DNA of 64,000 bases from positions 20,958-84,957 of the forward strand of contig CAZDPG010000001.1 in the NCBI GenBank assembly GCA_964507275.1. The letters run 5' to 3'. The notes under the pieces were generated by a model. That model had not been told where the DNA came from. It ran no database searches and worked only from the letters and a program-made list of their open reading frames with translations. The stretch is from an uncultured Candidatus Saccharibacteria bacterium (lineage in GTDB: Bacteria; Patescibacteriota; Minisyncoccia; Phycocordibacterales; Phycocordibacteraceae). Below are positions 1 to 10,645 of this stretch, in pieces (within the stretch, counting starts at the first letter, position 1; each line of letters starts with the position of its first letter). Position numbers and translations under genes: made by a program.

Positions 1-7
1 TGCGCGT

Positions 8-571
8 GTGCTAGAGACAGGACCTGGTCCAGGCACCTGGACGAAGCTTTTGCTTGAAGCGAACCCGTCTGCTCGGTATACCCTCGTCGATATTTCGCAC
101 GAGATGCTCTCTCGCGCGCAAGGGGCACTCGCAGACCGGACGAACATCGATTTCGTAGAGAGCGACCTTCTTGTGTATGAATCATCGGATCCGTATGATT
201 TCTTCTTCTCTTCACGCGCGATCGAATACATGCCGGACAAGGCGACTGCCGCGCGGAAGATCGCATCGCTACTCGCGCCGGGGGCCACCGGAGCGGTCAT
301 CACGAAGATGCCGAAGGCGTTCTTTGATCGTGTGAGGGGGCGTACCTCCGCGCTCCATGTCGGACAGATTGCGCCCGATGGTTTGGTGTGTCTGCTTGAG
401 CGGGCTGGTCTTATCGTAGAGCGCGTTCGCATCGCGACAGCGACATTTCCCGGCATTGGTTCGGCAACGTTGAACAATTTCGTGTACAGGCTCCTCAAAC
501 AGGTGCCACTTTTCTTCCCACTGTCGCTCTTTGCCGAATCGTATCTCGTTACATTCCGCAAACCAGTATGA
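8..571 (+). CDS. Class I SAM-dependent methyltransferase (probably 5'-truncated by window edge)
   Basis: LETGPGPG motif I, VDIS motif II, YDFF..RAIEY..LAPG. Confidence 0.85.
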   Translation: MLETGPGPGTWTKLLLEANPSARYTLVDISHEMLSRAQGALADRTNIDFVESDLLVYESSDPYDFFFSSRAIEYMPDKATAARKIASLLAPGATGAVITKMPKAFFDRVRGRTSALHVGQIAPDGLVCLLERAGLIVERVRIATATFPGIGSATLNNFVYRLLKQVPLFFPLSLFAESYLVTFRKPV

Positions 572-1125
572 TTATCGAACTTTTCGGTCTTCCGGGTGCA
601 GGCAAATCGACGCTCGCTCGCTCGCTCGAATCGAGCGGCGAGGTATTGCGTGTCCGCATCGGTTCGCGAAGCGAACTTCTCCTTCTGAATCTATTGTTTT
701 TCGTACGCCATCCAATTCGCTCAGTCCTCCTCCTTTCCTATATCATCCGTTATACAGGCTCACTCGCACTCTTCTACACGAAGTTCATGAATCTCTTCCT
801 AGAACACAATGCGAAGTATGAGAAAGCTCGGAAACAGGAAGGGAAGGCGGTCATCGATCAGGGGTATTTCCAGAACCTACTCTCACTGTTCGAGCACCCG
901 ATGTCGGAGGCGGTTCTTTCGCGCTACGCCCGGCTTTTGCCGAAACCAAATGAGCTCTGGGTGTGTGTTGTGAGTGAAGAAGAGAGGCAACGGCGGATTG
1001 CCGAGCGAGGGTATGGGGGAGGGAACGAGGAGCGTTCTGCGCGCGCTCTCGCGGAGAACCTGCAGACCGCAGAAAAGGTGCTTGGGAACCTTCCCGGACT
1101 CACCGTCCGCATGATCGAATCATGA
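568..1125 (+). CDS. P-loop NTPase, nucleoside-monophosphate-kinase-like
   Basis: N-terminal IELFGLPGAGKST Walker A, VIDQG, RxxxR lid; ATGA coupling to neighbours. Confidence 0.7.
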   Translation: MIIELFGLPGAGKSTLARSLESSGEVLRVRIGSRSELLLLNLLFFVRHPIRSVLLLSYIIRYTGSLALFYTKFMNLFLEHNAKYEKARKQEGKAVIDQGYFQNLLSLFEHPMSEAVLSRYARLLPKPNELWVCVVSEEERQRRIAERGYGGGNEERSARALAENLQTAEKVLGNLPGLTVRMIES

Positions 1126-1748
1126 ATATGCGCTGGATGCAATCGGATACGTTTTTTGAGGATCGGATACGCCAGATATTCGCGGAGAAGCGGCGTGTGG
1201 TCGATATCGGCGGCGGCTTGCGCATCCTGAAGAAGAAAGGGAACCGCTATGATCCTATCCGAGCCGCGCTCGTACCCTCTCTGGATACGGTCGAGTACCT
1301 CGTCCTCGACCCTGTGGCAGACTACGATCCCGACATCGTCGGGGACATACACGACCTCCCGTTTCCCGACAATTCACAGCCCGCTATCATATGCGAATCG
1401 GTTCTTGAACATGTGGAAGACCCCATCCGTGCGGTCCGCGAGATGCATCGTGTGCTTGAGTCCGGCGGTTATCTCTATGTATACGTCCCCTTCCTCTTCT
1501 ACTACCATGCAGAAAAGACGTATTACAAGGATTACTGGCGCTTCACTAAAGATGCGGTGGAAATGCTCTTCAAAGACTTTTCCAGCGTAGAGATTCAGCG
1601 CGCGAGGGGGCCGATTGAGACGCTTGTGCATTTGAGCCCGCTCGGGCGCATCCCGGGCATCCGTCCTGGCGCGCATATGCTTGACCGGATTCTCGGAAAG
1701 ACTGCGAGTAATCAGGTGAGCGGTTACAGCATCTTCGCCGTAAAATGA
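1122..1748 (+). CDS. SAM-dependent methyltransferase (type 11)
   Basis: VDIGGG, GDIHDLPF, VLEHV, DYWRFT motifs. Confidence 0.85.
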   Translation: MNMRWMQSDTFFEDRIRQIFAEKRRVVDIGGGLRILKKKGNRYDPIRAALVPSLDTVEYLVLDPVADYDPDIVGDIHDLPFPDNSQPAIICESVLEHVEDPIRAVREMHRVLESGGYLYVYVPFLFYYHAEKTYYKDYWRFTKDAVEMLFKDFSSVEIQRARGPIETLVHLSPLGRIPGIRPGAHMLDRILGKTASNQVSGYSIFAVK

Positions 1749-2899
1749 ATCAGCAAGGGGCACCTGTCATGAAAAGAAAAAAGATATTAATCGCTATCAA
1801 TTGCATGAACGTCGGAGGAGCACCCTCCGTGGTGCTGGCACATTTACGCTCTTTAGATCGTGAGCGTTTTGAGCCGTGGCTACTTACGTTATACCCAAGC
1901 AAACAGGCGAATTTACTAGCAGAAGCGAGAAAAGAATTGGGAGATAGTCATGTCGTTTCTTTTTCGCTCCGGCGACGGAGTCCTTCCGACCTACCCACTC
2001 TGTGGAGGGTATATCGTTTTCTTAGTCGAGAGAGGTTTGATATTGTAATTACGCACCTGTTCCTCTCCAACTTGATTGTGCGTCCTCTTGCTTTCGTTGC
2101 CGGTTCCAGAAACGTCATGTCGTATGAACATAGTGTATATCCGCACAAATCCAGATGGCAGATACTTGTCGATCGACTATTAGCACATATCACCCGTACT
2201 ATCATCGTTCCATCGAAACATATTGCGGAATTCACTTCCAAGCAAGAGGATATCCCACTTTCGTTCTTTACTGTTGTGCCTAATCCCATTTCGTATATAG
2301 ACGTTGAAGCTGTGAATCGAAGGGCTCTTATCGAAATGTCTGGAGCTGAAGGAAGAAGTCCGATTGTCGTCTCAATCGGGAGGTTTTCGGAGGAAAAAGG
2401 GCACAAATTTCTTTTAGAGGCTGCTGCTTTAACTAGAAAGAGTCTTCCCAACGCGCTGTTTTTAATAATTGGACACGGACACCTCGAGACAACATTGCGA
2501 CAAGAGTGTGAAAAGCTTACTGTTGGTGACAGGGTAAGGATATTGGCACTGCCGCATCAAGCGCGGGAGTTCCTTCTTATAGCGGATCTTTTTGTGCTTC
2601 CTTCCTTACGAGAAGGGCAGTCCTTGACGTTGCTTGAGGCATTATATGCTGGTGTTCCTGTTGTAACTACGTCTGCTGGCGGGACAGTGGAGATGGTGAC
2701 TAATGAGATAACCGCTCTGTTAACAGTCCCTGGTGACGCCCGCGATCTTGCGGATGGTATTGTGCGGCTTGCTTCAGATGCTAAACTGCGTCAAACGCTT
2801 ATCGATAATGGAAAACGAATGGTGAGAGAGGGTTATGTCTGGCAAAGCGCCGCTGCTTTCAAGAAACTTTTTGAAGTCAGCGTTACAGAGAATAATTAA
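1745..2899 (+). CDS. Glycosyltransferase family 4 (start possibly 1769)
   Basis: GGA, GRFSEEKG, ADLFVLPSLREGQSLTLLEA (EX7E). Confidence 0.9.
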   Translation: MNQQGAPVMKRKKILIAINCMNVGGAPSVVLAHLRSLDRERFEPWLLTLYPSKQANLLAEARKELGDSHVVSFSLRRRSPSDLPTLWRVYRFLSRERFDIVITHLFLSNLIVRPLAFVAGSRNVMSYEHSVYPHKSRWQILVDRLLAHITRTIIVPSKHIAEFTSKQEDIPLSFFTVVPNPISYIDVEAVNRRALIEMSGAEGRSPIVVSIGRFSEEKGHKFLLEAAALTRKSLPNALFLIIGHGHLETTLRQECEKLTVGDRVRILALPHQAREFLLIADLFVLPSLREGQSLTLLEALYAGVPVVTTSAGGTVEMVTNEITALLTVPGDARDLADGIVRLASDAKLRQTLIDNGKRMVREGYVWQSAAAFKKLFEVSVTENN

Positions 2900-2904
2900 C
2901 TTCT

Positions 2905-3654
2905 ATGAATAGAATGAATTCCGAGTTTACTCCGCATCAAGTAGAATGGACATCTGAAAAGGTAAAAAGATTCTGGGATTATTTTGTAACGAATGAACAG
3001 TTACTGGAGCTAGCAGCCTCCAATACCATTGGCGATGGGGTCATTGAATTGTGCAAGCCGTATCTTAGGCACGATGCTCGAATGTTAGATTTCGGATGCG
3101 GTGGCGGAGGGCTGATTGGCAAGCTTATAGAGAAGGGTTTCCCAGTTGAAGGATGCGACTCCTCAGAAGCTTCTGTTGAAACCACGAGAAGGCGTTTTGG
3201 CAGTCAACCCCTTTTTAAGGGGGCATTCTTATCTGGAGCTCCGGCCGCATCTAACATTTCAGACGCGACTTATGATTTCATTTTTTCTCTTGAAATGATA
3301 GAGCATCTTTTACCCGATGAAATAGATGCGACATTCCGGGAGTTTTCCAGAATCTTGAAACCAGGAGGTTATCTCCTCGTCTCTACCCCGAATGGAGAGC
3401 GTCTTGAGAAATATAAAGTGATTTGTCCAGATTGCGGAGCGATTTTCCATCGAGTGCAACATCTTAATTCATATACTCCAAAACGACTTAGTGAAATCGG
3501 GTCTTCTGCTGGGCTAGCGCCAATCCTGAATTGGACCGGACTGCTTACCCCGCAGGGCACATGGATTGACTCTCTAAAGAAGACCATTCGTCGGTTATTG
3601 CCAAGCACTAATAAATTTGCGCCACACTTGATATATATAGGGCAAAAACAGTGA
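2905..3654 (+). CDS. SAM-dependent methyltransferase with CxxC insertion
   Basis: LDFGCGGG, EMIEHL, RILKPGG..STPN, CPDCG. Confidence 0.85.
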   Translation: MNRMNSEFTPHQVEWTSEKVKRFWDYFVTNEQLLELAASNTIGDGVIELCKPYLRHDARMLDFGCGGGGLIGKLIEKGFPVEGCDSSEASVETTRRRFGSQPLFKGAFLSGAPAASNISDATYDFIFSLEMIEHLLPDEIDATFREFSRILKPGGYLLVSTPNGERLEKYKVICPDCGAIFHRVQHLNSYTPKRLSEIGSSAGLAPILNWTGLLTPQGTWIDSLKKTIRRLLPSTNKFAPHLIYIGQKQ

Positions 3655-3767
3655 CGGGTGGTTATGGCGCAAAAGTTGAGACGATAACGTATCATGAACA
3701 CCCAACCTTATCGCAAGCATCTCATTCGTAGCCTCGGGAAACTGAATCTTGAATGTAAGGCTATGTC

Positions 3768-4499
3768 ATGCCTGTAGACATGGTTCCTTTCGAATTCAAA
3801 CGGATGTTTCGAACACGGTGGATCTGGTTCTCTCCGCCATTCGAAGTTGCGAATGTTGATGAAGCAGTATTTCTCGAGTATCGCGCCGGCGAGTACCCAG
3901 GGTTTCGCAGGAAGGAGGGCACGACGAGTATCATCGACCTTACCAAAAGCGAAGAGGAGCTCTGGGAGGCGATGCGCGACAAATTCATCCGAAAGCAGAT
4001 TCGTCGCGGGGAGATTTCGGGTATTGTGGTTCGCGAGGGAACACTCGCTGATTTCATGCCTCTGTATCGCTCTCTCCGTGAGGGCAAGCGTCTTGAGGCC
4101 AGTGACCTTAGGCCGATTGCGCAAGCTGGGCGCATCCTGGTTGCATGGTTCAGTGGCAGACCTATTGCCGGAGGATTATTCGTCGGGGACGGAGTATCGG
4201 TGCGTGCCTATGCACTTGCATCGACACGATTTGCGACGCAAGTCGGTCATGACCGCGAAATCACTGGATACGGAAGTCGCATGCTATTGTGGGAGGCGAT
4301 GCGCATGTTCAAGCGGGAGGGATACCGGATGCTTGACCTTGGAGGGATCAGTCCGGATTCGGCTCGCCCAGAAGACCGCTCTCTCGTCGAATTCAAAGAA
4401 GCGTTCGGCGGCGTTCGTACCCCGCAGTACTTCTACCGCAAGACCTACTCGCCGCTCCTGCGGTCGCTCCGCCGGCTCCGGTCATTTTTACGTATATGA
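3768..4499 (+). CDS. FemAB/FemX-like GNAT-fold (amino)acyltransferase
   Basis: IIDLTKSEEELW, LLWEAM, LDLGG, FKEAFGG motifs. Confidence 0.75.
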   Translation: MPVDMVPFEFKRMFRTRWIWFSPPFEVANVDEAVFLEYRAGEYPGFRRKEGTTSIIDLTKSEEELWEAMRDKFIRKQIRRGEISGIVVREGTLADFMPLYRSLREGKRLEASDLRPIAQAGRILVAWFSGRPIAGGLFVGDGVSVRAYALASTRFATQVGHDREITGYGSRMLLWEAMRMFKREGYRMLDLGGISPDSARPEDRSLVEFKEAFGGVRTPQYFYRKTYSPLLRSLRRLRSFLRI

Positions 4500-5416
4500 A
4501 ATTCATCGTCACTGTCGATACAGAAGCTGATGACCAATGGTCCGGGACCGGTGATGCGACGCTTCGCAATCTCGAGGGGCTCGCTCGGTTCCAATCATTC
4601 ATGCATGAACGAGGAGTACCGCCGACGTACCTGGCTTCTTTCGAGACGCTTGCGCACCCGATGCTTCAGAATCTTGCGCGCGCCCATGCGGAAGGAGTGG
4701 CTGAAATAGGGGGGCATCTGCACCCTTGGACGACGCCGCCTCTTGATGCCGGTGACTGTGTCCAGCGTTTCCCGCTCGAACTCCCAGACGACGTGCTGGA
4801 AGGGAAGCTTGCGACGCTCACCTCCGCGCTCACAGAGCTCCTCGGCGAGCAACCATTGTCTTTCCGGGCTGGGCGGTGGGGCGCGGATAATCGTGTGCTC
4901 CACGCAGTGGCTCGTCAGGGGTATCGCGTCGACTCATCGGTCACGCCTTTCATACGATGGCGAGATGTCGTGCGTGATGCCGAGGCGCACACCGCCATTC
5001 CAGATTTCTCACGAGTAAGCCCTAAGCCCGCTCTTGTCCCGGGTACCGACCTTTTCGAAGTACCTATGTCGGTCATCGCTGCGGGAGCATTGCCCTCTGC
5101 GACCCTTGCTTCGTATGGTCAGAGACGCACTACCCTTGGTCGCGTCGCCCGGGCACTTTCGCGGCCGCGGTGGTGCCGCATATTCCCCGAGACGCGTGCA
5201 CGCGATCTCGAGGCCGTGTATCGGGCCGCGCTTCGGCAAGAGCTTCCCATACTCGTCTTCATGATCCACTCCTCAGAACTCGTCGCAGGCATGAGCCCGT
5301 ATGCGAAGACCGAGAGCGCCGTGGAGCATATCTACGAGCTTCTCGGCGGATTCCTTGCACTCCTGAAAAAAGAGAACGTGCAGGCGGTGCGCATGCGTGA
5401 CGTACATCCGCTATGA
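4496..5416 (+). CDS. Polysaccharide deacetylase (WalW-like, CE4 fold)
   Basis: VTVDTEAD, EIGGHLHPW, SFRAGRW, DSSV, HSSEL. Confidence 0.8.
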   Translation: MKFIVTVDTEADDQWSGTGDATLRNLEGLARFQSFMHERGVPPTYLASFETLAHPMLQNLARAHAEGVAEIGGHLHPWTTPPLDAGDCVQRFPLELPDDVLEGKLATLTSALTELLGEQPLSFRAGRWGADNRVLHAVARQGYRVDSSVTPFIRWRDVVRDAEAHTAIPDFSRVSPKPALVPGTDLFEVPMSVIAAGALPSATLASYGQRRTTLGRVARALSRPRWCRIFPETRARDLEAVYRAALRQELPILVFMIHSSELVAGMSPYAKTESAVEHIYELLGGFLALLKKENVQAVRMRDVHPL

Positions 5417-6522
5417 AAGAATTAAGACCCCGTCTTACGTATCTTACGTGCGCGAGGATGCCGACCGAAAAAGCGCACGGTATCTCGATTGCGCACATGT
5501 GTGCGGCGTTCGCGGCGGAAGGGGGCCATGTCAAGCTCGTTGTCCCGACTCGTCGCAACCTAATTGTTGAAGACGTTTTTTCTTATTACGGCGTACCACA
5601 ATCGTTTTCAGTCCGCCTAATCTCCTCGATCGATTTTGTCGGTCGGGGATGGACGCACCCGTTCTTCTTTTTTATCCAACGGCTCTGCTTCGTCCGTGCT
5701 GCGCGCCGAGCCGGTATCGATCGCGGGATCATCTATACTCGGGAGCCGGAGATAGTAGCAGCATTCGCAGAGACGCACACGGTTGTCTACGAAGCGCATC
5801 GCTGGCCTCGCGGTTTCGCCGGGTGGCTCACCGCGCTTTTCATCCGCAAGGCGGCACTCGTCGTGTGCAATTCGCACGGCACCGAATCTGCGGTGCGCAA
5901 GGCGGGGATACCGCAGACGATTGTCGCGCCGAATGGATTCGATCCGGCGCTCTTTGCACAGCCAGTCCCCGACCGTTCCGTACTGAGCCTTCCTGAAGGC
6001 GTTGTAGCGCTCTACGTCGGTTCCGCCGCTCCCTGGAAGGGAATTGGCATCGTGCGAGCGGCCGCGCGAGAGCTTACGGCAAGCGGCGTTTCCATAGCAA
6101 TCGTCGGGAATGATGCGCCTGTAGAACGCGAAGGCGTGCTGGTCGAGCTTGGTCGCATCTCCCCATGCCGTGTTCCTGCATATCTGCAGAGCGCAGACAT
6201 CCTTCTTTTGCCGAATACGAAGGTGAGTGAAGAGTCCGAACGCTTCACCTCCCCGATAAAGCTCTTCGAATATCTTGCCGCAGGGAAGGCGATTGTCGCG
6301 TCGGACCTCCCGTCTATCCGCGAGATTCTCGGGCCGGATGATGCGCTCTTTGTGCCGCCCGGCGACGCGCTCGCGCTCGCGTCTGCTATCGGGCGGCTCG
6401 CGGCTGACGAGACGGCACGAACTGCCCTTGCGGAGCGGTCTCGTGCGCTCGCCTTGCGCTACACGTGGCAGGCACGGGCGAAATGTGTTATCCATACCCT
6501 GAACATACATGGTCATGAATAG
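5413..6522 (+). CDS. Glycosyltransferase family 4
   Basis: MPTEKAHG, APNG, SPIKLFEYLAAGKAIVASDLP. Confidence 0.9.
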   Translation: MKELRPRLTYLTCARMPTEKAHGISIAHMCAAFAAEGGHVKLVVPTRRNLIVEDVFSYYGVPQSFSVRLISSIDFVGRGWTHPFFFFIQRLCFVRAARRAGIDRGIIYTREPEIVAAFAETHTVVYEAHRWPRGFAGWLTALFIRKAALVVCNSHGTESAVRKAGIPQTIVAPNGFDPALFAQPVPDRSVLSLPEGVVALYVGSAAPWKGIGIVRAAARELTASGVSIAIVGNDAPVEREGVLVELGRISPCRVPAYLQSADILLLPNTKVSEESERFTSPIKLFEYLAAGKAIVASDLPSIREILGPDDALFVPPGDALALASAIGRLAADETARTALAERSRALALRYTWQARAKCVIHTLNIHGHE

Positions 6523-6919
6523 CACCCCTCAAACATCGATTGTAATTTTATTACCAAGGGATCGTATGATACTTCAGTTTCGCGATGAACACGCACCATC
6601 GTATCCACTTTCGTTTGCTAACTGGGGTGGTTCTGTAGAAGAGGGAGAGACGGCAGTTGAAGGTGCATGCCGGGAATTAGCAGAGGAGCTCAGTTTAGGG
6701 GTTGATCCTACAGAATTGATTCATATTTCCAACGGCGTTTTCAAGGGCATTCCTCGGGACATATTTTTGCTCCAGAGAGACGTGCAACTTTCAAATCTTC
6801 GTCTTGGCGAAGGGGCTGGCTTTGTATGTGTGCCGCGCACGGCTCTCAAGAACATCCCCATGAATGATATTCTTGAAGATGATCTCAAGAAACTTGACGA
6901 ATATTTTTCACGCTTATGA
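6509..6919 (+). CDS. NUDIX hydrolase
   Basis: Nudix box GGSVEEGETAVEGACRELAEEL. Confidence 0.85.
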   Translation: MVMNSTPQTSIVILLPRDRMILQFRDEHAPSYPLSFANWGGSVEEGETAVEGACRELAEELSLGVDPTELIHISNGVFKGIPRDIFLLQRDVQLSNLRLGEGAGFVCVPRTALKNIPMNDILEDDLKKLDEYFSRL

Positions 6920-7992
6920 TTATCTGTTATTTTGGCGACTACGATCCCTCTTATAACCGCACTGCGGTGCTTTTGAAAGGGCTTGAGCAGGCTGGCGTGA
7001 GCGTGCTTCACTGCAATGTCCGCGGAAAGAGCGGCATCAATCTCTACAGAGAGCTTTGGAAACAGCACCAAGCGCTGAAAGGGAAGTATGACATGCTCTT
7101 CGTCGGTCTTGGGAATGCGCGCCTCATGCCAACTTTTGCGCACTTCATAAGCTCAAAACCAGTGGTGTGGGAACCCTTGTTCGCACTCTATGACAACTGG
7201 GTCTTTGATCGCAAATATGTAAAACCACATTCACTAAAAGCCTATAAGCTTTGGTTTGTGGATTGGCTTGGTTGTCAACTTGCCGACCTTGTCGTCCTCG
7301 ACGTTGATACGCACGCACGCTTCTTTCAAAACCTTTTTAATCTCCCAGCGAGGAAACTCTCGCACGCATTGGTGGGTGCCGATACTGACATCTTCTACCC
7401 GCGAGAACGAACACAGCACTCGGGGGATTTTGAAGTAGAATTTCATGGGAAGTACATTCCCCTTCATGGTGCGGAAACAATTGTACGCGCCGCAAAGTTA
7501 CTAGAGGATGAAAATGTCCATTTTACTATGATTGGAGATGGGCAAGACGCTTTGAAGACGAAGGCGTTAGCGCGGGATCTCGGGCTTAAGAATGTTACCT
7601 TCCTTCCGTTCATGTTAGAGAGCGAAATCACTTCATACATCGCGAATGCTGATGTGTGCACCGCTATGCTTGGGGATGTGCCGCGCGTAACACGGTCTAT
7701 CCCAAACAAGATGTATCAAGCAGCCGCCATGGCGCGCGTATCGATCAACGTCGATTCTTCGTCGTTGCGTGAAGTATTCACCCCAGGTATTGATGCTGTG
7801 GTCGCGAAATGCGGCGATCCTGAAGATCTTGCGCGCGCGATACGAGAATTAAAGAAAAGCGGTCGTGCTCATGAGATGGGCCAGGCGGCATATGAGACTT
7901 TCCAGAGAATTGCGACGCCGAAATTGATCGGGGAGCGGTTAGTAGCTGATCTGGAAAAGCGCTTTTCAAATGCGGGGCGTTCTTTGTCATGA
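6916..7992 (+). CDS. Glycosyltransferase family 4
   Basis: FHGKYIPLHG, IPNKMYQA, GT-B layout. Confidence 0.85.
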   Translation: MIICYFGDYDPSYNRTAVLLKGLEQAGVSVLHCNVRGKSGINLYRELWKQHQALKGKYDMLFVGLGNARLMPTFAHFISSKPVVWEPLFALYDNWVFDRKYVKPHSLKAYKLWFVDWLGCQLADLVVLDVDTHARFFQNLFNLPARKLSHALVGADTDIFYPRERTQHSGDFEVEFHGKYIPLHGAETIVRAAKLLEDENVHFTMIGDGQDALKTKALARDLGLKNVTFLPFMLESEITSYIANADVCTAMLGDVPRVTRSIPNKMYQAAAMARVSINVDSSSLREVFTPGIDAVVAKCGDPEDLARAIRELKKSGRAHEMGQAAYETFQRIATPKLIGERLVADLEKRFSNAGRSLS

Positions 7993-8046
7993 AGGAACTG
8001 AAACCTTGTTGGGTCGTGCGAAGGTTAGTATTTAGAACTGGAATCC

Positions 8047-8997
8047 ATGGAAGATTTTAAGGGGAAAAACATTATGATTACCGGTGCCGGCGGATTCATC
8101 GGCTCCGCTATCGTGCGACGGTTGGTGACTCTTGGCGCGCAGGTACATGCCATTATTCGGCCAGGGAGTGACCAATTAAGGCTTACGGAGGTTGTAAGCG
8201 ATATAACGATACGTGAGGTTGACATCACGGATCAGCTGGAAATGGAGAACACCCTTTCAGAAATCGCCCCGCAAGGTATATTTCATCTCGCAGCAACAAG
8301 TCAAAGGTTCGGGTTTGTTCCATCCATCGACGCGCTCATCGATACGAACATTCGCGCTACGATTAAATTGATGGATAAGACGGAAGCGTCCACATTCTTC
8401 GTTAACACGGACACCTTTGCTGTGGTGGGAGGGAAACAAACCCCATTGCGAGAAGATGACGCGTTAGAACCGACTGAATTTTATGGTATCTCGCGGATTC
8501 CGGCCACTCTTTATGGGGGAGTCCTTGGTCGGATACATGCGAAACCGATCGTTACCGTGCGCGTCTTTACCCCATACGGCCCATTTGTTCAGAAGGGGAA
8601 ACTCCCTTATGAAGTGATTACTCGTGCACTTTCGAACACAAATATAGATCTCACAAGACCCGAGGTGACACGAGATTTCATTTATATAGATGATCTTGTC
8701 GAGCTTTACCTACGTGCGGGAACACACGCCAAGAAATACCCCGGACACGTGTTTAATGGAGGGGGAGGCAAGGCAGTCACGCTTGAAGAATTCTCGAGTC
8801 TTGTTCAGGAAGAGACATGCTCTGAAAGTGTGGTACGATGGAGCGGTACCGCGGTCTCGTACGACTCGGGGCGTTCTGAAGCTGACCTCACGAAGGTTCG
8901 GAATCTCCTTGGATGGAATCCGTCGACGTCGCTTCGCGACGGCGTCCGAGAAACTATTGAATGGTTCCGTACCCATTCGGATTATTGGCGTTCCTAA
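8047..8997 (+). CDS. NAD-dependent epimerase/dehydratase (extended SDR)
   Basis: ITGAGGFIGS, IFHLAA, YGP, RDFIYIDD. Confidence 0.9.
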   Translation: MEDFKGKNIMITGAGGFIGSAIVRRLVTLGAQVHAIIRPGSDQLRLTEVVSDITIREVDITDQLEMENTLSEIAPQGIFHLAATSQRFGFVPSIDALIDTNIRATIKLMDKTEASTFFVNTDTFAVVGGKQTPLREDDALEPTEFYGISRIPATLYGGVLGRIHAKPIVTVRVFTPYGPFVQKGKLPYEVITRALSNTNIDLTRPEVTRDFIYIDDLVELYLRAGTHAKKYPGHVFNGGGGKAVTLEEFSSLVQEETCSESVVRWSGTAVSYDSGRSEADLTKVRNLLGWNPSTSLRDGVRETIEWFRTHSDYWRS

Positions 8998-10050
8998 ATG
9001 TTGCATATGAAAAACATCTTAGTCACAGGTGGCTGCGGTTTTATCGGATCAAATTTCGTGCATTACCTGTACGATAAATATCCAGATTATCGCATCTTTG
9101 TTCTCGACATCCTTACATACGCTGGTAACCCTGAAAACCTTGCGGATATAGAAGCAAGAGAGATTAACCTCCCAGAAGGGAGGGGGCGATATGTATTCGT
9201 CAAGGGAGACGTGAGCGATGAAGATATGCTGCATGATCTTTTTGAGAAAAACAAATTTGAGTTCGTGTACCATTTCGCCGCAGAAAGTCATGTAGATCGT
9301 TCTTTTTTTAACTTTTCAAATTTCGTCCAGACGAACATAGAAGGAGCTCTATTGCTCGCCATGATGGTTCAGCGTTATGGGGGGACAATGGTGCAGATTT
9401 CCACAGATGAAGTTTATGGGTCTATTCCTGAGGAACAGGGGTTTGTCACGGAGGATGCTCCTTTTTACCCGGCTAATCCATATGCCAGCTCCAAAGCCGC
9501 GGCAGACATGTTGCTCCAGAGTTACATGAAGACGTCAAAAATCTCATTGCGCATCGTGCGAGCGACGAATAATTATGGTCCATACCAATATCCGGAAAAG
9601 CTCATCCCCCTCGGTATCACTAATTTGCTAGAAGGAAAGAAGATACCATTGCACGGCTCAGGAGAACACTTGCGACAGTGGTTACATGTTCGCGATTTTT
9701 GCGCGGCGATAGATCTAGTGTCCCTTCAGGGCGAAGAGAATGGCATTTACAATGTTGCTGGTGAGCACGAATCAAATATAGACGTGTTGCGTCTCATTGC
9801 TCAGCATCTCAATAAAGATCTAGAAGAAAACCTGGATCACGTATCGGATCGTCCAAATCCTGATATGCGATACGCAATCGATTCCTCGAAACTTGAAGCG
9901 CTCGGATGGAAACGCGAGCGTTCGTTTAGAGAAGAATTGCCTAAGGTTATTGAGTGGTATAGAGAGAATGAGGAGTGGTGGAAGAAGCTCAAGAGAAAGA
10001 AGGAATACATAATGCATTATGAGCTTCAGTCAAAAGCAAAGTTTTACTAA
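8998..10050 (+). CDS. rfbB: dTDP-glucose 4,6-dehydratase
   Basis: VTGGCGFIGSNF, LTYAGN, AAESHVDRS, STDEVYG, YASSKA, NNYGPYQYPEKLIP. Confidence 0.95.
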   Translation: MLHMKNILVTGGCGFIGSNFVHYLYDKYPDYRIFVLDILTYAGNPENLADIEAREINLPEGRGRYVFVKGDVSDEDMLHDLFEKNKFEFVYHFAAESHVDRSFFNFSNFVQTNIEGALLLAMMVQRYGGTMVQISTDEVYGSIPEEQGFVTEDAPFYPANPYASSKAAADMLLQSYMKTSKISLRIVRATNNYGPYQYPEKLIPLGITNLLEGKKIPLHGSGEHLRQWLHVRDFCAAIDLVSLQGEENGIYNVAGEHESNIDVLRLIAQHLNKDLEENLDHVSDRPNPDMRYAIDSSKLEALGWKRERSFREELPKVIEWYRENEEWWKKLKRKKEYIMHYELQSKAKFY

Positions 10051-10060
10051 ACATATCACC

Positions 10061-10633
10061 ATGAAAGTCGAGACGTCATCGATGGAGGGAATGCTCGTAC
10101 TCACGCCGGATATTCATTCGGACGCTCGTGGGTTCTTTATGGAAACATATCATGACGAGCGATATCAGAAGTGCGGTGTGCAGGAAGTTTTTGTTCAGGA
10201 CAACCACTCACATTCAGTGCAAAATGTGATACGGGGATTGAAGTTCCAATACTCCGCTCCAACAGCGAAACTCATTCGAGTTGCCTACGGCACTATATTT
10301 GCTGTCGGTGTCGACATACGCCCATCTTCGTCGACATTTGGGAAATGGGAGGGAATAGAGCTTTCAAGTGAAAATAAACGACAGCTTTATCTGCCATTCG
10401 GCTTTGCATTCGGCTTCTGTGCTATCTCAAAAGAGGCGGGGGTCCTCTATAAACTCTCGGCGGTACATGATGAACAGGGAAGTGGGACTATTCGATGGGA
10501 TGATTCTGACATTGGTATTGTTTGGCCGACGACAACGCCCATCGTTTCGCCTGCCGATGCCGCGGCCCCTACGTTAAAGGAAATGATCGCTGGCGGGACC
10601 ATAGAAAGAATGCGCCCGGCTTCGTCCGAGTAG
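10061..10633 (+). CDS. rfbC: dTDP-4-dehydrorhamnose 3,5-epimerase
   Basis: DARGFFMET, VQDNHS.S..VIRGL, VDIRP.S.TFGKW, WDDSDIGIVWP; the usual GLH and FAHG histidines read GLK and FAFG here. Confidence 0.85.
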   Translation: MKVETSSMEGMLVLTPDIHSDARGFFMETYHDERYQKCGVQEVFVQDNHSHSVQNVIRGLKFQYSAPTAKLIRVAYGTIFAVGVDIRPSSSTFGKWEGIELSSENKRQLYLPFGFAFGFCAISKEAGVLYKLSAVHDEQGSGTIRWDDSDIGIVWPTTTPIVSPADAAAPTLKEMIAGGTIERMRPASSE

Positions 10634-10645
10634 GTCTGTATATTT

